A DNA stretch of 19,462 nt from a virus (Duplodnaviria > Heunggongvirae > Uroviricota > Caudoviricetes). Made by a program: the position numbers and the translations under genes. The notes under the pieces were generated by a model. It saw nothing but the letters and a program-made list of their open reading frames with translations. It did not search any database and was not told the origin of the DNA. Shown here in pieces: positions 7,401-17,179 of this stretch (position 1 is the stretch's first letter; every line of letters begins with the position of its first letter). The stretch is from IMG/VR virus record IMGVR_UViG_2703718793_000011. The stretch is one strand, 5' to 3'.

Positions 7401-7823
7401 ACTGGCAGATGTGCTGGCATCGCTGGCTGACTTCTTCGCGGCTTCCGTGTTCTGTGCCACTGCGGACGCGTTACGCGCCACCTCTTCCACCATCAGTTCA
7501 AAACGGCGCAGTGCCTCCGGACGGGCATCATCCTCCGTCATTGCGCCGAGAAAATCATTCAGCGTACCGGGTTGAGAATCTTCATACACGGTGATGGTCC
7601 CGGCATGCGAAGGCGGAAAACCTTCAACCAGCAGGGTGACGCTGTACTGGCCATACTCAACGTCCATACTATAACGCCCGGCTTCATCCGGATTTTCTGA
7701 GGCCACCGTGTTCACCACCACCGTGGTGCTGTTGCGTCTGGCCTTTAGCTGAATGGTACAGTTTTGTACCGGTTTGCCTGCTCCATCTTTCAGTACACCT
7801 GAAATCTTAACCGTCATATTCAC
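4491..7823 (-). CDS. stf: Side tail fibre protein (lambda Stf-like N-terminus, Ala/Ser/Thr-rich shaft, tandem fibre repeats, C-terminal intramolecular chaperone/peptidase S74-like domain), 1110 aa
   Basis: N-terminus (MNMTVKISGVLKDGAGKPVQNCTIQLKARRNSTTVVVNTVASENPDEAGRYSMDVEYGQYSV...) matches remembered lambda/K-12 Stf. C-terminus (...SRRYKTDIESLE...HYGLIAEEVGEIAPQYV...EELEVRLKLSEL) resembles the autoproteolytic chaperone domain of K1F endosialidase / T5 L-shaped fibre. Confidence 0.85.
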   Translation of the reverse strand: MNMTVKISGVLKDGAGKPVQNCTIQLKARRNSTTVVVNTVASENPDEAGRYSMDVEYGQYSVTLLVEGFPPSHAGTITVYEDSQPGTLNDFLGAMTEDDARPEALRRFELMVEEVARNASAVAQNTEAAKKSASDASTSASEAAIHATDAADSARAASTSAGQAASSAQSASSSAGTASTKATEASKSASAAADSKTAAESSASAASTSARQASASATAAGKSAESASSSATTATAKATEATSQATAAKDSALAAKTSETNAKTSEDNAASSKAAAAESASSASASATSASASKDEAIRQASAAKGSASTASTKATEAAGSATAASQSKTAAESAATRAEAAADRAEEIAGAVAMEDASLTTKGVVKLSSAVDSTSESLAATPKAVKAVNDNANSRVPSDRKINGKALTGDITLTPKDIGTLNSVTMSFSGGAGWFKLATVTMPQASSIVYITLIGGAGYNVGSPQQAGISELVLRAGNGNPKGITGALWKRTAVGLTNFAWINTSGDTYDIYVEVGNYATSVNIHWDCTANASVSVYTSPAYSASKPSGVTDGVVYTMYSSHQKPTPSDIGALPTTGGTVSGPLSVTGGITGALKGNADTATKLAAAKKINGVKFDGSADINLTPENIGAFALRATGAYADSDGAVPWNAESGAYNVTRSGDSYLVANFYTGVGSCRTLQIRAHYKNGGLFYRSSRDGYGFEEDWTQIYTKKDSIPGVNTTGNQNTTGNAATATKLQTARTIGGVSFDGTANINLPGVNTTGNQSTTGNAATATKLQTARTINGVSFDGSANISLSPANIGCPASPTGWLGTGSNGASITTAQLVTILQNNGAFNTKAWVARCAWAYADSASIPDSETGCGIIPLAGAVIEVFSHSATYYTIRITTATTTSVSGALTNAEFIYVFNGTAYSPGWRRALNTKKLPTPLEIGAYSISEINQLNKSFITSSKLEGGSLDANFQTLSCYYLQIFDIQTTTDSPNMFVSPVAGYNMVFRSTSSRRYKTDIESLENRYADELLKLRPVWYRSTCERDRKDWGHYGLIAEEVGEIAPQYVHWRPLTDEDDPGIASDNGMVAEGVMYDRLVVPLIHHIQKLTKRVEELEVRLKLSEL
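5440..5690 (-). repeat. Tandem direct repeat of a 120-bp (40-aa) unit inside stf, two near-identical copies
   Basis: Protein repeat GVNTTGNQ(N/S)TTGNAATATKLQTARTI(G/N)GVSFDG(T/S)ANI(N/S)L appears twice in tandem; the DNA units start about 5488 and 5608 (period 120 bp). A third diverged copy (GNADTATKLAAAKKINGVKFDGSADINL) lies upstream in the protein. Confidence 0.8.
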
Positions 7824-7828
7824 CCCAC

Positions 7829-7856
7829 AAAAAAGCCCACCTGAACCGGCGGGCTT
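7829..7856 (-). terminator. Putative rho-independent terminator downstream of lom (minus strand)
   Basis: Stem gcccacc / ggcgggc (7 bp with one mismatch) and a 6-nt loop; on the minus strand it is followed by six T (plus-strand A-run 7829-7834). It abuts the stf ribosome-binding region. Confidence 0.5.
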
Positions 7857-7876
7857 TCATCACGCTGTACTACTAA

Positions 7877-8476
7877 TCAGAATTTATAACCAACACCCAC
7901 GATGAACCCGTCAGTGCGCCAGTCGCCACTGCCGGAGCCTTCATAAGCGACATCAACGGCCACGGATTCGGTCGGGTTAAACTGCACGCCAGCTCCCCAC
8001 GCCATAGAGGTGTTACTGTGGCGAGCGTCATCACTTCCGGTCAGCACGTCGTGCGTTTTTCCCTTGTTGTCAGTTACGCGGAGATAATCCCCGGAGAAAG
8101 TCGACACACGGCTGTAAGCCACACCCGCCATCGTATACGCGCTGAACCATTCATTCACGCGCACAGAGGGCCCCGCCATGACGCTGAACCAGCGGTTACG
8201 CACAGAATCTTCATACCAGCGGGTATCACTGTAACGGGTAAGCTGGCGATTCCTGTCTCCGGCATAACTGAATGACGTCACCAGCCCCAGCGTGTCCGTA
8301 AATTCATAACGGTATTTCACGTTAATCCCGTTAAGATTATCGCTGCCGGGAGCGTTCGTCCGGGCATGAAGATACCCCGCGCTCAGCGTGGCCTGCTGCT
8401 CAGACGCCCATGCAGGCGCACCGGATACGGCCAGACAGATGGCTGCGGACAACATGGCTGCACAAACTTTACGCAT
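7877..8476 (-). CDS. lom: Lom outer-membrane protein (Ail/Lom/PagC family beta-barrel), phage moron, 199 aa
   Basis: Near-identical to remembered lambda Lom (MRK..[21 protein letters not shown]...[27 protein letters not shown]...[10 protein letters not shown]); N-terminal signal peptide present. Confidence 0.9.
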   Translation of the reverse strand: MRKVCAAMLSAAICLAVSGAPAWASEQQATLSAGYLHARTNAPGSDNLNGINVKYRYEFTDTLGLVTSFSYAGDRNRQLTRYSDTRWYEDSVRNRWFSVMAGPSVRVNEWFSAYTMAGVAYSRVSTFSGDYLRVTDNKGKTHDVLTGSDDARHSNTSMAWGAGVQFNPTESVAVDVAYEGSGSGDWRTDGFIVGVGYKF

Positions 8477-8498
8477 AATTACCTCTCTCTTTTCTGCA

Positions 8499-8526
8499 AT
8501 AAAAAAGGCGCCATTTCTGGCGCCCG
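8499..8526 (-). terminator. Putative rho-independent terminator between J and lom
   Basis: Stem ggcgcc / ggcgcc (8507-8512 and 8519-8524) with a 6-nt loop; on the minus strand it is followed by a T-run (plus-strand A-run 8501-8506). Confidence 0.5.
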
Positions 8527-8543
8527 TATATGGGTTATAAAAT

Positions 8544-11500
8544 TCAGCTAATCGTGATACCTGCGGTGGATTTCTTCATCACCACAACAAGCAAATCGCT
8601 GATACTGGTTGTCGGTGTCCAGTTATTGACCATTGAAGAAGAGACCGTAAACTTTAACGTCAACGTTCCCTGCCCCGCAGGCATATCAATAACGGAAGAA
8701 AAAACCGCCGGAGCATCCGTTGTTGACTGGTTAAAAATTTCTGTCCCGTTTTTCGTTACCTGCAAACGGCATACAGAATAAACATAAGACTGTTGATTAT
8801 TACTGCCATAATTTTCCTTCCTGCTTCCTTTAAACAGCAGAGCCGGGATCATGACATGTCGGTCAAACTTCTGATCATCACTAATCGTGACCGTAATGGT
8901 GCCGCTGGCATAAGTGCTCGTGCGGGGGAAAGACTTGCTGACCGTTTTGACAATATCGCCTTCAATCTGGTTGGCGGACAGTTTCCCCTTAATCTGACAG
9001 TTCTCATTTATCGTGACGTTGTTGAGCGTCCCTGAGTTCGCATTCACACTGCCACTGATATCCGCATTTTTAGCGGTCAGCTTTCCGTCTGATGTCAGGG
9101 AAAATGCAGGAGGATTGCCACCACTGGTAATTGTGGGAGCAATAAGGGTCTTAATCAGCGCTTCATTGATAAACGTCTGTCCCCCCTGCGTGACCAGTGC
9201 TGGAGTGGTGTTACCGTTCTCCGGATTAATGAACGCAATCCTGTCTGCCGCCAGCAGCACCTGACTCTGCATACCGTCAGGGGTATTCTCAATACCGGCA
9301 CCGATACCCGCAATGTAAAGGCGACCATCCTGCATCTGCTGCAGTTTCACGGCCCACATACTGTTCAGGTTATTACTGGTGTCTGTCTGAACCTTTTGTA
9401 TCTGCTGGATTGTTGCTTCCTGCTCGCCCAGTTTTTTGTCTGTCGTCGAGATGATTTCACTGCTTTTTTCATCCACATACTGACGAACCTGCGCAATCTG
9501 GCGTGCATTCTCCTCATTACTCTGACTGACCGTTTGCGTGAGTTCGCTACTGACGTTGTCCACTTTCTGACTCACCTGGGATATGGCCAGTGACTGCTCA
9601 TCATTTTTTTTAGCAACCAGCTGCGTGAGGCTGTTTTCAGTTTCCCCGATTTTTTGGGTCACCCCGGCAATATCACTCTCCAGTCGCTGATTGACCTCAT
9701 CCTCCAGTTGCTCAACTTCACTGCGCAATGCAGAGGCATTAATACGATCATTCAGCTCCTGCCCCAGCAGGGTGCTGTTTATTTTCCCTTCAAAAAAATT
9801 GAGATACTCTTCAGGATTATTACCCGGCTGGCCGACAGCCTCCACGAATGCCGATTTACCAACGGTATTCACACTGCGAACATAAAAGTAATAATCATGG
9901 CCCGGCTTAATATTCTGGCCGGAGGCTACCCAGTACAGTGCCGTACCAAGATAGCGGGCAGATTTGTCCACCTGTGAGACATCTGAAATCTTCGTTTCAG
10001 AAAACCAGAATTCAAACTGTACCGTCGGATCATAAACCGCAAGATGCGGCGTGGCGGTTATCTGAAAATAGCCCGGCGTCAGCTCAATCTGTGACGGCGC
10101 TGCCGGTGCGGCAATCCGGAACGATACCGACGCCGGATCGCCCTGCTGTCCCCGGGCATTTACCGCCCGGACTGTCAGCGTGTAACGCCCCAGCGCCAGC
10201 TGCCTGAAGCGGTATGTGGTTTCCGTAGTCCGGGCCGTGCTGACCAGCCGCTCACTGCCGTCATCCGCTGCCACGGTCAGGCGAAGCATAAAGCTCACCC
10301 CCTTCACCACCTTCGGCGTATCCCAGCGCGCCAGCACCTGGTATTCCCCGCTGTCTGCGGTGACTTCTGCGGTCAGGTGCTGCACTGCTGGCGGCGTGAC
10401 ACCATTCACCGTGCCGCTCTGGTCGCCGTCAAAGTGCGCCCCGTTATCCACGATGGCCTCTTTCTCCGGCACATGCTGCACAGCGGTGATGGCATACGTG
10501 CCTTCGTCATTCTCACGGATACTCACGCAGCGGAACAGGCGCTGGCGCAGCGTCGGCAGCTTCAGCCCCCACACGCTGTACTCGGCAACGCCGTCAGGAA
10601 CACGGCTCACTTTCACCTTCACGCCGTCGGTGACGGACTGGACCTCCACGCTGACCGGATTGCCACTTCCGTCAACCAGGCTTATCAGCGTGGTACCGGA
10701 GGATGGCAGCGTGATTTCACGGTCGAGCGTCAGCGTCCGGGTCTGGCTGTTCACCGCCAGCACACGACCACCGGTGCTGATACCGGCATAGTCATCATCA
10801 CAGATTTCAATGACATCGCCCGGTACATGGCGAAGCCCTTCTGCGCCGACGCTGAAATCCACGGTCTGCGTTTCCAGCAGTTCTGTTTTAATCAGCCACA
10901 GCCCGGCTCGGTGTGCCTGCCCCCGACTGGTACAACCAAAGGCATCCATCTTCGTGACATTACGACCGTAACGGGCAATGGCCTGCGTGTCCTCCACAAG
11001 CTCTGTTGCCGTCTCCCAGCCGTTGTTCGGGTCAATCCAGTTCACTTCAACGGCATTATGGCGGTCTTTCAGGGCGCTGAAGCTGTAGCGGAACGGCGCG
11101 CCATCATCCGGCATCACCACATTACTGCGGTTATAGGTCCACACCTTATCCGACGGTCGGTCCTGCACGAACGTCAGCGTCTGCCCGTTCCATACCGGCA
11201 TACAGCGCATCGCCGAGCAGAAATCACTGAGCACATCCCACGCCTTGCGCTGTGTGGTCAGGTACGCATTACAGGCGATGCGCGGCTCCGTGCCGCCAAA
11301 GCCGTCCGGCACTGACTGGTCGCAGTACTGGCCGATGACATACAGCGCCCATTTATCCACATCCGCCGCACCAAGACGTTTCCCCATGCCGTAGCGCGGG
11401 TGGGTCAGCATATCCCACAGACACCAGGCCATGTTATTGCTGTATGCTGGCTTAAACGTTCCGTCCCAGATACCGCTGTATTGCCGCGTCTGCGGGTTAT

Positions 11501-12245
11501 AATTCGACGGCACCTGCAGAATACGCCCGCGCAGATGATAATTACGGCTCACCTGCTGGCTGCCGAACTGCTCCGAGTCCACCTGCACGCCGACCAGTGC
11601 CGTGTTCGGGTAGCACTGTTTCACATCGATAATTTCGGTGTATGACGACCAGAGCGTTTTGTTCTGCAGCTGGTCTGTGGTTCTGTCCGGCGTCATCCTG
11701 CGCATCCGGATACTGAACGGGCGCGGCGGCAGGTTATCCACCACCACCGAGGCCAGATACTGTGAAGTGGTTTTACCCTTAATGGTGATGTCTTTTTCCG
11801 TCACCCAGCCACCGTTACGTTGTATCTGAACCAGCAGGCGGACTTCCGACGGATTCCTGTCCCCCTTTGAGGTGGTTTCCACCAGTGCCTGCACGCCGAA
11901 AGTAAAACGCAGACGGTCAATGTTTGCCGACGTGATGGTCCGGGTGATCGGCGTGTCATATTTCACTTCTGTACCCAGCACCGTCTCGGAGCCTGAGGAT
12001 TCAAATCCCTCCGGCGGTGTCTGCTCCTGCTCACCGGCCCGGAACACCACCGTGACGCCGGCTATATTGGTATTCCCCTCACTGTCCAGCACCGGTGTAC
12101 TGTTCAGCAGCACGCTTTTTAATCCGTCCACCGGACCTTCAACCGGCCCTTCACTGATGGCATCGATCACACTCAGCAACTGCGTGGATTTGAGGTTGTC
12201 CTTCGCTTCGCGCGGGGTATGCCCCTTACTGCTGCCTTTACCCAT
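8544..12245 (-). CDS. J: Tail tip host-specificity protein J (central tail fibre), 1233 aa
   Basis: N-terminal ~830 aa nearly collinear with remembered lambda J ([34 protein letters not shown]...). The C-terminal part contains an extra predicted coiled-coil segment and a diverged receptor-binding end relative to lambda. Confidence 0.9.
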   Translation of the reverse strand: MGKGSSKGHTPREAKDNLKSTQLLSVIDAISEGPVEGPVDGLKSVLLNSTPVLDSEGNTNIAGVTVVFRAGEQEQTPPEGFESSGSETVLGTEVKYDTPITRTITSANIDRLRFTFGVQALVETTSKGDRNPSEVRLLVQIQRNGGWVTEKDITIKGKTTSQYLASVVVDNLPPRPFSIRMRRMTPDRTTDQLQNKTLWSSYTEIIDVKQCYPNTALVGVQVDSEQFGSQQVSRNYHLRGRILQVPSNYNPQTRQYSGIWDGTFKPAYSNNMAWCLWDMLTHPRYGMGKRLGAADVDKWALYVIGQYCDQSVPDGFGGTEPRIACNAYLTTQRKAWDVLSDFCSAMRCMPVWNGQTLTFVQDRPSDKVWTYNRSNVVMPDDGAPFRYSFSALKDRHNAVEVNWIDPNNGWETATELVEDTQAIARYGRNVTKMDAFGCTSRGQAHRAGLWLIKTELLETQTVDFSVGAEGLRHVPGDVIEICDDDYAGISTGGRVLAVNSQTRTLTLDREITLPSSGTTLISLVDGSGNPVSVEVQSVTDGVKVKVSRVPDGVAEYSVWGLKLPTLRQRLFRCVSIRENDEGTYAITAVQHVPEKEAIVDNGAHFDGDQSGTVNGVTPPAVQHLTAEVTADSGEYQVLARWDTPKVVKGVSFMLRLTVAADDGSERLVSTARTTETTYRFRQLALGRYTLTVRAVNARGQQGDPASVSFRIAAPAAPSQIELTPGYFQITATPHLAVYDPTVQFEFWFSETKISDVSQVDKSARYLGTALYWVASGQNIKPGHDYYFYVRSVNTVGKSAFVEAVGQPGNNPEEYLNFFEGKINSTLLGQELNDRINASALRSEVEQLEDEVNQRLESDIAGVTQKIGETENSLTQLVAKKNDEQSLAISQVSQKVDNVSSELTQTVSQSNEENARQIAQVRQYVDEKSSEIISTTDKKLGEQEATIQQIQKVQTDTSNNLNSMWAVKLQQMQDGRLYIAGIGAGIENTPDGMQSQVLLAADRIAFINPENGNTTPALVTQGGQTFINEALIKTLIAPTITSGGNPPAFSLTSDGKLTAKNADISGSVNANSGTLNNVTINENCQIKGKLSANQIEGDIVKTVSKSFPRTSTYASGTITVTISDDQKFDRHVMIPALLFKGSRKENYGSNNQQSYVYSVCRLQVTKNGTEIFNQSTTDAPAVFSSVIDMPAGQGTLTLKFTVSSSMVNNWTPTTSISDLLVVVMKKSTAGITIS

Positions 12246-12305
12246 TCCTCACGCTCCATAAACGACAAAACCGCCCGCAGGCGGTTTCACATAAAACATT
12301 TTGCA

Positions 12306-12947
12306 TCAGCGACCAATCACCACAACCTGACCACCATCCCCTTCGTCTGCCGTGCTGATCTCCTGAGAAACCACGCGTGACCCCACGCGCATTTCACCGT
12401 ACAGAACAGGCAGAACATTGCCCTGGGCAACCATGTTATCCAGTGACGAGAAATACGTGTTCTGCTTACCGTTATCCGTGCTGGTCGTTGTTGCGGTACT
12501 GGCTTTCGGTGCCAGCATCTGCGCAACGCCTCCAAGCGTCATCGCCGCACCCATTGAAAAGAGAATGTCACTGAAAGCGATACTGATCCCCGGCATCCAG
12601 ATTGCCGTAGCAATCAACGCCGCACCCAGCACCGCCTGAAAAACACCGCTACTTTTGGCTCCCGCAAGACGCGGAACGATGTGGATCACGGCACCATTTT
12701 CCAGCGGCTCATTAAGACGGGCTGATAATTCGTTTTCGCCTGCATCACGCCCGGCAATCCGTACCTGATACCAGCCGTTGCTCAGTTTCTGACGAAACGC
12801 CGGGATCTGCATGGCCAGCGCCCGGATGGCTTCGGCACCCGTTTTCACACGAAGGTCGATGCGGCGGCCAAATCGTTGCAAATCCCCGTAAAGGCAGATG
12901 CGTGCCATGCCCGGTGACGCCAGAGGGAGTGTGTGCGTCGCTGCCAT
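12306..12947 (-). CDS. I: Tail assembly protein I, 213 aa
   Basis: Position between K and J as in lambda; hydrophobic segment (GVFQAVLGAALIATAIWMPGI) and overall similarity to remembered lambda I; overlaps the K 3' end as in lambda. Confidence 0.8.
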   Translation of the reverse strand: MAATHTLPLASPGMARICLYGDLQRFGRRIDLRVKTGAEAIRALAMQIPAFRQKLSNGWYQVRIAGRDAGENELSARLNEPLENGAVIHIVPRLAGAKSSGVFQAVLGAALIATAIWMPGISIAFSDILFSMGAAMTLGGVAQMLAPKASTATTTSTDNGKQNTYFSSLDNMVAQGNVLPVLYGEMRVGSRVVSQEISTADEGDGGQVVVIGR

Positions 12948-13588
12948 TTGTCGGTATACCTCTCTCGTTTGCTCAGTTGTTCAGGAATATGGTGCAGCAG
13001 CTCGCCGTCACCACAGTAAATGGCGGCATGATTCGGCACCGATGAACCAAAACAGCACAGCAGCACATCGCCCGGCTGCGCCGCTGACAACGGAACCTGA
13101 TGCAGCCCCGTTGCCTCCAGATTATCCAGATAGAGATTCTGACCGTGACGCCACCAGTCATCCTCGCGATGAAAATCCGGCATCTCAATCCCCGCCAGAT
13201 GGTAAGCGTCCCGGAACAGCGTGTAACAGTCCGTCACCCCGTGCTCAAAGCGCCGCCCGGTGAGATGCGGCACACAGCGGAACTTGTGAATCGCCCCCCG
13301 GCAGACCAGCCACCACGGCAAATCACTCTGCACCTGCAGCCGCCGGTCGGCCTCACTCAGCCAGGGCAGACCACCGGGATGACTGTGGACCAGCGCCACA
13401 ATCTCACCCTGCATCTCTGCCTGCAGCCAGTCCTCCGGCGACATCCGGAAATAATCCTCCGGCTCACCGGAGATATTCACGCAGGGAAAATATCTTTCCC
13501 CCTCCGGCGTTCTCACCACGAAGCCGCACGACTCCGCTGGCGCACATCGCCGGGCGTGCGCCAGAATCGCTGATTCTGTCTCTGTCAT
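12845..13588 (-). CDS. K: Tail assembly protein K (MPN/JAMM motif plus NlpC/P60-like domain), 247 aa
   Basis: JAMM-like motif ALVHSHPGG...SEADR and a C-terminal NlpC/P60-like Cys/His region; gene order L-K-I as in lambda; starts 5 nt after the L stop. Confidence 0.8.
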   Translation of the reverse strand: MTETESAILAHARRCAPAESCGFVVRTPEGERYFPCVNISGEPEDYFRMSPEDWLQAEMQGEIVALVHSHPGGLPWLSEADRRLQVQSDLPWWLVCRGAIHKFRCVPHLTGRRFEHGVTDCYTLFRDAYHLAGIEMPDFHREDDWWRHGQNLYLDNLEATGLHQVPLSAAQPGDVLLCCFGSSVPNHAAIYCGDGELLHHIPEQLSKRERYTDKWQRRTHSLWRHRAWHASAFTGICNDLAAASTFV

Positions 13589-13593
13589 GGGAT

Positions 13594-14292
13594 TTACTGC
13601 GAAAGTTTGTTAATGGAAAGGAAGCCGCCAAAGTTGCCGACGTTATTGCGAAACTTACAACCGCTCAGGCATTTGCTGCATTTATCCTTCGTGATATCGG
13701 ACGTCGGCTGGTCATATTCATCCGCGACCGCCGGACCGCTATAACCGCACTCATCACCGCGATAGGTCCAGGTACAGGTGTTGGCCAGCATGATGCGCCC
13801 CGGAAAAACAGCACCATCCGTTTCCGTCGGCGTGGCCAGTACAAAGGAGGCACTGACCGCGCTCAGTTCGCTGCACTGCTCGATGCGCCAGCGGCTGATC
13901 ACCTCCTGCTCCGGATCGGCATCGCTGTTTCCGTTGACGAAGTTCACCGCATCCAGAAAACGGGCGTAAACCTTACGCCTGACCACCGTTCCGCCGACCA
14001 GACTCTGCAGATCTTCCACCATCCCGGTGACCATGCCGTACAGGTTAGAGACTGCCAGCGTGGGGCGCGTACTGGTGCCTTTGCCATTCAGTTCAAAACC
14101 ACTCCCCTGAATGGGATACGCCAGATACTGCCGCCCCTGCCAGGTGACCGGCTCACCTTTTTCGTTCTGCTCATTACAGAAAAAATAACGTTCACCACCG
14201 ACCTCTGTCAGATCGATTTCCCAGAGCACCACGCTGGCCGACTGCTCCGCACGGGTGCATTCATTCAGTGTTTCCTGCCGGATATCCTGCAT
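13594..14292 (-). CDS. L: Minor tail protein L (tail tip), 232 aa
   Basis: Near-identical to remembered lambda L (MQDIRQETLNECTRAEQSASVVLWEIDLTEVGGERYFFCNEQNEKGEPVTWQGRQY...CSKCLSGCKFRNNVGNFGGFLSINKLSQ), including the C-terminal Cys cluster. Confidence 0.9.
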   Translation of the reverse strand: MQDIRQETLNECTRAEQSASVVLWEIDLTEVGGERYFFCNEQNEKGEPVTWQGRQYLAYPIQGSGFELNGKGTSTRPTLAVSNLYGMVTGMVEDLQSLVGGTVVRRKVYARFLDAVNFVNGNSDADPEQEVISRWRIEQCSELSAVSASFVLATPTETDGAVFPGRIMLANTCTWTYRGDECGYSGPAVADEYDQPTSDITKDKCSKCLSGCKFRNNVGNFGGFLSINKLSQ

Positions 14293-14621
14293 CAGTTCAC
14301 CACCTGTTTAAACTCTGCGCTGAACTCAACACGCAGCATACTGACCCGCGACGTCCATTTTGCGCAGGTCACCTTTATCTGCCGCCAGTCATAAGGCGGC
14401 GTCCACAGAAAGGCCTTCCAGCCTCCGTGCTCTGCCAGAAACGATTCCAGCGCCGTGGCCTCCCAACGGGGGACAGAAATCGTCACGCTGTACGTTTTCA
14501 GGTTGGCATTCAGCCCGGCAGGCGCGCGCTGGGAGTAACCATCACCAAAGCGCACCTCCCTGACGGAAGGAGTCGAAGCCACATCCATACCCGGTTTCAC
14601 TTTCCAGCGGAAGGTTTTCAT
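14292..14621 (-). CDS. M: Minor tail protein M, 109 aa
   Basis: Size and position identical to lambda M (109 aa) between H and L; start/stop overlaps with the neighbours are typical of the lambda tail operon. Confidence 0.85.
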   Translation of the reverse strand: MKTFRWKVKPGMDVASTPSVREVRFGDGYSQRAPAGLNANLKTYSVTISVPRWEATALESFLAEHGGWKAFLWTPPYDWRQIKVTCAKWTSRVSMLRVEFSAEFKQVVN

Positions 14622-17179
14622 CGTCCACCTCCGGAGAACAGACCACCATCACGCATCTGCCCGGTCACAACATCCATTGCCGCCTTACGGGCTACGTCAT
14701 AAACCGCCTTCAGCGCCTGTGGCCCTATCTGACCGTTCGTGCCGTCGTTGTTAATCACCACATGGTTATTCTGCTCAAACTTCCCGGACGCCTGCGACCG
14801 GCTGTCCGCCATGCTGCCCGGTGTACCGACATAACCGCCGGTGGCATAGCCGCGCATCAGCCGGTAAAGATTCCCCACGCCAATCCGGCTGGTTGCCTCC
14901 TTCGTGAAGACAAATTCACCACGGTGAACAATCCCCGCTGGCTCATATTTGCCGCCGGTTCCCGTAAATCCTCCGGTCGCAAAATGGAGTTTCGTCGCAG
15001 CGGCCTGAATGGCTGCACCACCTGACGCGGATGAGCCGCCACCGGTAGCACCTCCAATGGCGCTGCCGATACTCCCGACAATCCCCACCATTGCCTGCTT
15101 AAGCAGAATTTCTGTCATCATGGACAGCACGGAACGGGTGAAGCTGCGCCAGTTCTGTTCACTGCCGGTCAGCATCGCCGCCATATTCTGTGCAATACCA
15201 TCAAAGGTCTGCGTGGCTGCACTTTTTACCTGCGACATACTGTCCGTGGCGCTCTCTTCCCACTCACTCCAGCCGGACTTCAGGCCTGCCATCCAGCTCC
15301 CGCGAAGCTGGTCTTCAGCCGCCCAGGTCTTTTTCTGCTCTGACATGACATTATTCAGCGCCAGCGGATTATCGCCATACTCCTCCTTCAGGCGCTGTTC
15401 CGTGGCTTCCCTCGCTGCCTGCCGGTCAGTCAGCCCCCGGCTTTTCGCATCAATGGCGGCCCGTTTTGCCCGTTGCTGCTGTGCGAATTTATCCGCCTGC
15501 TGCGCCAGCGCGTTCAGGTGCTCCTGATACGTAACCTTGTCGCCAAGTGCAGCCAGCTGGCGTTTGTACTCCAGCGTCTCATCTTTATGCGCCAGCAGGG
15601 ATTTCTCCTGTGCAGACAGCTGGCGACGTTGCGCCGCCTCCTCCAGTACCGCGAACTGACTCTCCGCCTTCCACAAATCCCGGCGCTGCTGGCTGATTTT
15701 CTCATTCGCTCCGGCATGCTTCTCCAGCGTCCGGAGTTCTGCCTGAAGCGTCAGCAGGGCGGCATGAGCACTGTCTTCCTGACGATCGCCCGCAGACACC
15801 TTCACGCCGGACTGCTTCGGCTTTTTCAGCGTCGCTTCATAATCCTTTTTCGCCGCCGCCATCAGCGTGTTGTAATCTGCCTGCAGAATTTTCCCGTCTT
15901 TCAGGGCCTTATTCAGTTCTTCCTGACGGGCGGTATATTTCTCCAGCGGCGTCTGCAGGCGTTCGTAAGCCTTCTGCGCCTCTTCGGTATATTTCAGCCG
16001 TGATGCTTCGGTATCGCTCTGCTGCTGCGCATTTTTGTCCTGTTGACGCTGCTGTTCAGCCTTCTTTCGGGCGGCTTCAAGCGCAAGACGGGCCTTTTCA
16101 CGATCATCCCAGTAACGCGCCCGTGCTTCATCGTTAACAAAATAATCATCCTTGCGCAGATTCCAGATGTCGTCTGCTTTCTTAAACGCGGCCTCTGCCT
16201 TAATCAGCATCTCCTGCGCAGTATCAGGACGACCAATATCCAGCACCGCATCCCACATGGATTTGAATGCCCGTGCTGTCCTCTCTGCCCAGGTCTCCAG
16301 CGTCCCCATGTTCTCTTTCAGGCGGCGGGTCTGGTCATCAAACCCTTTCGTTGCGGCCTCGTTCGCCGCCTGCAATGCCCCGGCTTCATCGCCGGAACGC
16401 TGCAACTGAGCAACATACGCAATCTGCTCCGCCGTCACGTTATGGAACTGGCGCGCCATCGCCGTCAGCCCCGACGTCAGGTCAGTGGTCAGCTTCCCGA
16501 AGGCTTCAGCGACCTTGTCCACCTCCACGCCCGATGCAGAGGAGAAGCGCGCCACACTCTGGCTGATTGCCTCAAACTGATCACCACCACGCACACCGGC
16601 ATTTACCAGCGCCGTCAAAGACTCGCTGGTCTGGTTAAACGTCAGCCCTGCCGCCTGCCCGGCTCTGGACAGGACCAGCATACGATCTGCCGTCAGTCCC
16701 GCCTGATTACCGGAAAGGACCAGCGTTTTGTTGAAACCGGACAGGGTTGAGTCACCCTGATACCAGGCATACGCCAGCGCACTGGTTGCCACCGCCAGCG
16801 AGGTGGCCCCGACCATCGGCAGGGTGATCGCACCGGCAAGCCCCCTGAACATGGGGATCAGACCGCCGAAAGAATCCTTCACCTGACCGCCCTGTTGCAG
16901 CAGGATCAGCCACGGGTTCTGCCCGCCTGCAAGCTGCGTGGCCACGTCGGTGAACTGTGCAGGCAGCATACGCATGGCGGCTTTATACTGCCCGACGGAA
17001 ATCCCGGCTTTTTGTGCAGCCAGCGCCTGTCGGCTCAGAGACTGTTCAACGACTGCCGCTGTTTTTTTCGCATCACTTTCCGTACCGGAAAAATGACGCC
17101 TGACTCTGGCCATCTGCTCGTCAAATCTGGCCGCATCCAGACTTAAATCAACGACCAGATCGCCTACCGGTTCAGCCAT
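14618..17179 (-). CDS. H: Tail tape measure protein H, 853 aa
   Basis: Same length as lambda H (853 aa); long alpha-helical, Ala/Gln/Lys/Glu-rich central region and Gly-rich C-terminus; position between G-T and M. Confidence 0.9.
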   Translation of the reverse strand: MAEPVGDLVVDLSLDAARFDEQMARVRRHFSGTESDAKKTAAVVEQSLSRQALAAQKAGISVGQYKAAMRMLPAQFTDVATQLAGGQNPWLILLQQGGQVKDSFGGLIPMFRGLAGAITLPMVGATSLAVATSALAYAWYQGDSTLSGFNKTLVLSGNQAGLTADRMLVLSRAGQAAGLTFNQTSESLTALVNAGVRGGDQFEAISQSVARFSSASGVEVDKVAEAFGKLTTDLTSGLTAMARQFHNVTAEQIAYVAQLQRSGDEAGALQAANEAATKGFDDQTRRLKENMGTLETWAERTARAFKSMWDAVLDIGRPDTAQEMLIKAEAAFKKADDIWNLRKDDYFVNDEARARYWDDREKARLALEAARKKAEQQRQQDKNAQQQSDTEASRLKYTEEAQKAYERLQTPLEKYTARQEELNKALKDGKILQADYNTLMAAAKKDYEATLKKPKQSGVKVSAGDRQEDSAHAALLTLQAELRTLEKHAGANEKISQQRRDLWKAESQFAVLEEAAQRRQLSAQEKSLLAHKDETLEYKRQLAALGDKVTYQEHLNALAQQADKFAQQQRAKRAAIDAKSRGLTDRQAAREATEQRLKEEYGDNPLALNNVMSEQKKTWAAEDQLRGSWMAGLKSGWSEWEESATDSMSQVKSAATQTFDGIAQNMAAMLTGSEQNWRSFTRSVLSMMTEILLKQAMVGIVGSIGSAIGGATGGGSSASGGAAIQAAATKLHFATGGFTGTGGKYEPAGIVHRGEFVFTKEATSRIGVGNLYRLMRGYATGGYVGTPGSMADSRSQASGKFEQNNHVVINNDGTNGQIGPQALKAVYDVARKAAMDVVTGQMRDGGLFSGGGR

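Noticed and set aside
6478-7594. Several ORFs (122, 231, 155, 75 aa) in alternative frames within the stf Ala/Ser-rich region
   Set aside because: Artefacts of repetitive GC-rich low-complexity DNA; the 231-aa minus-strand ORF is an out-of-frame read of stf itself.
10216-11315. Long plus-strand ORFs (191 aa and 312 aa) antisense to J
   Set aside because: Shadow ORFs in GC-rich coding DNA; they are Arg/Ala/His-rich with no recognisable domains and fully overlap the well-supported J gene.
12845-12947. About 100-bp overlap of K and I as a possible frameshift or annotation error
   Set aside because: The same K/I overlap exists in lambda; it is a conserved feature of the operon.
15009-16750. Plus-strand ORFs of 172, 176 and 235 aa antisense to tape measure gene H
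   Set aside because: Same reason: low-complexity Arg/Leu/Cys-rich translations typical of antisense frames of GC-rich genes.
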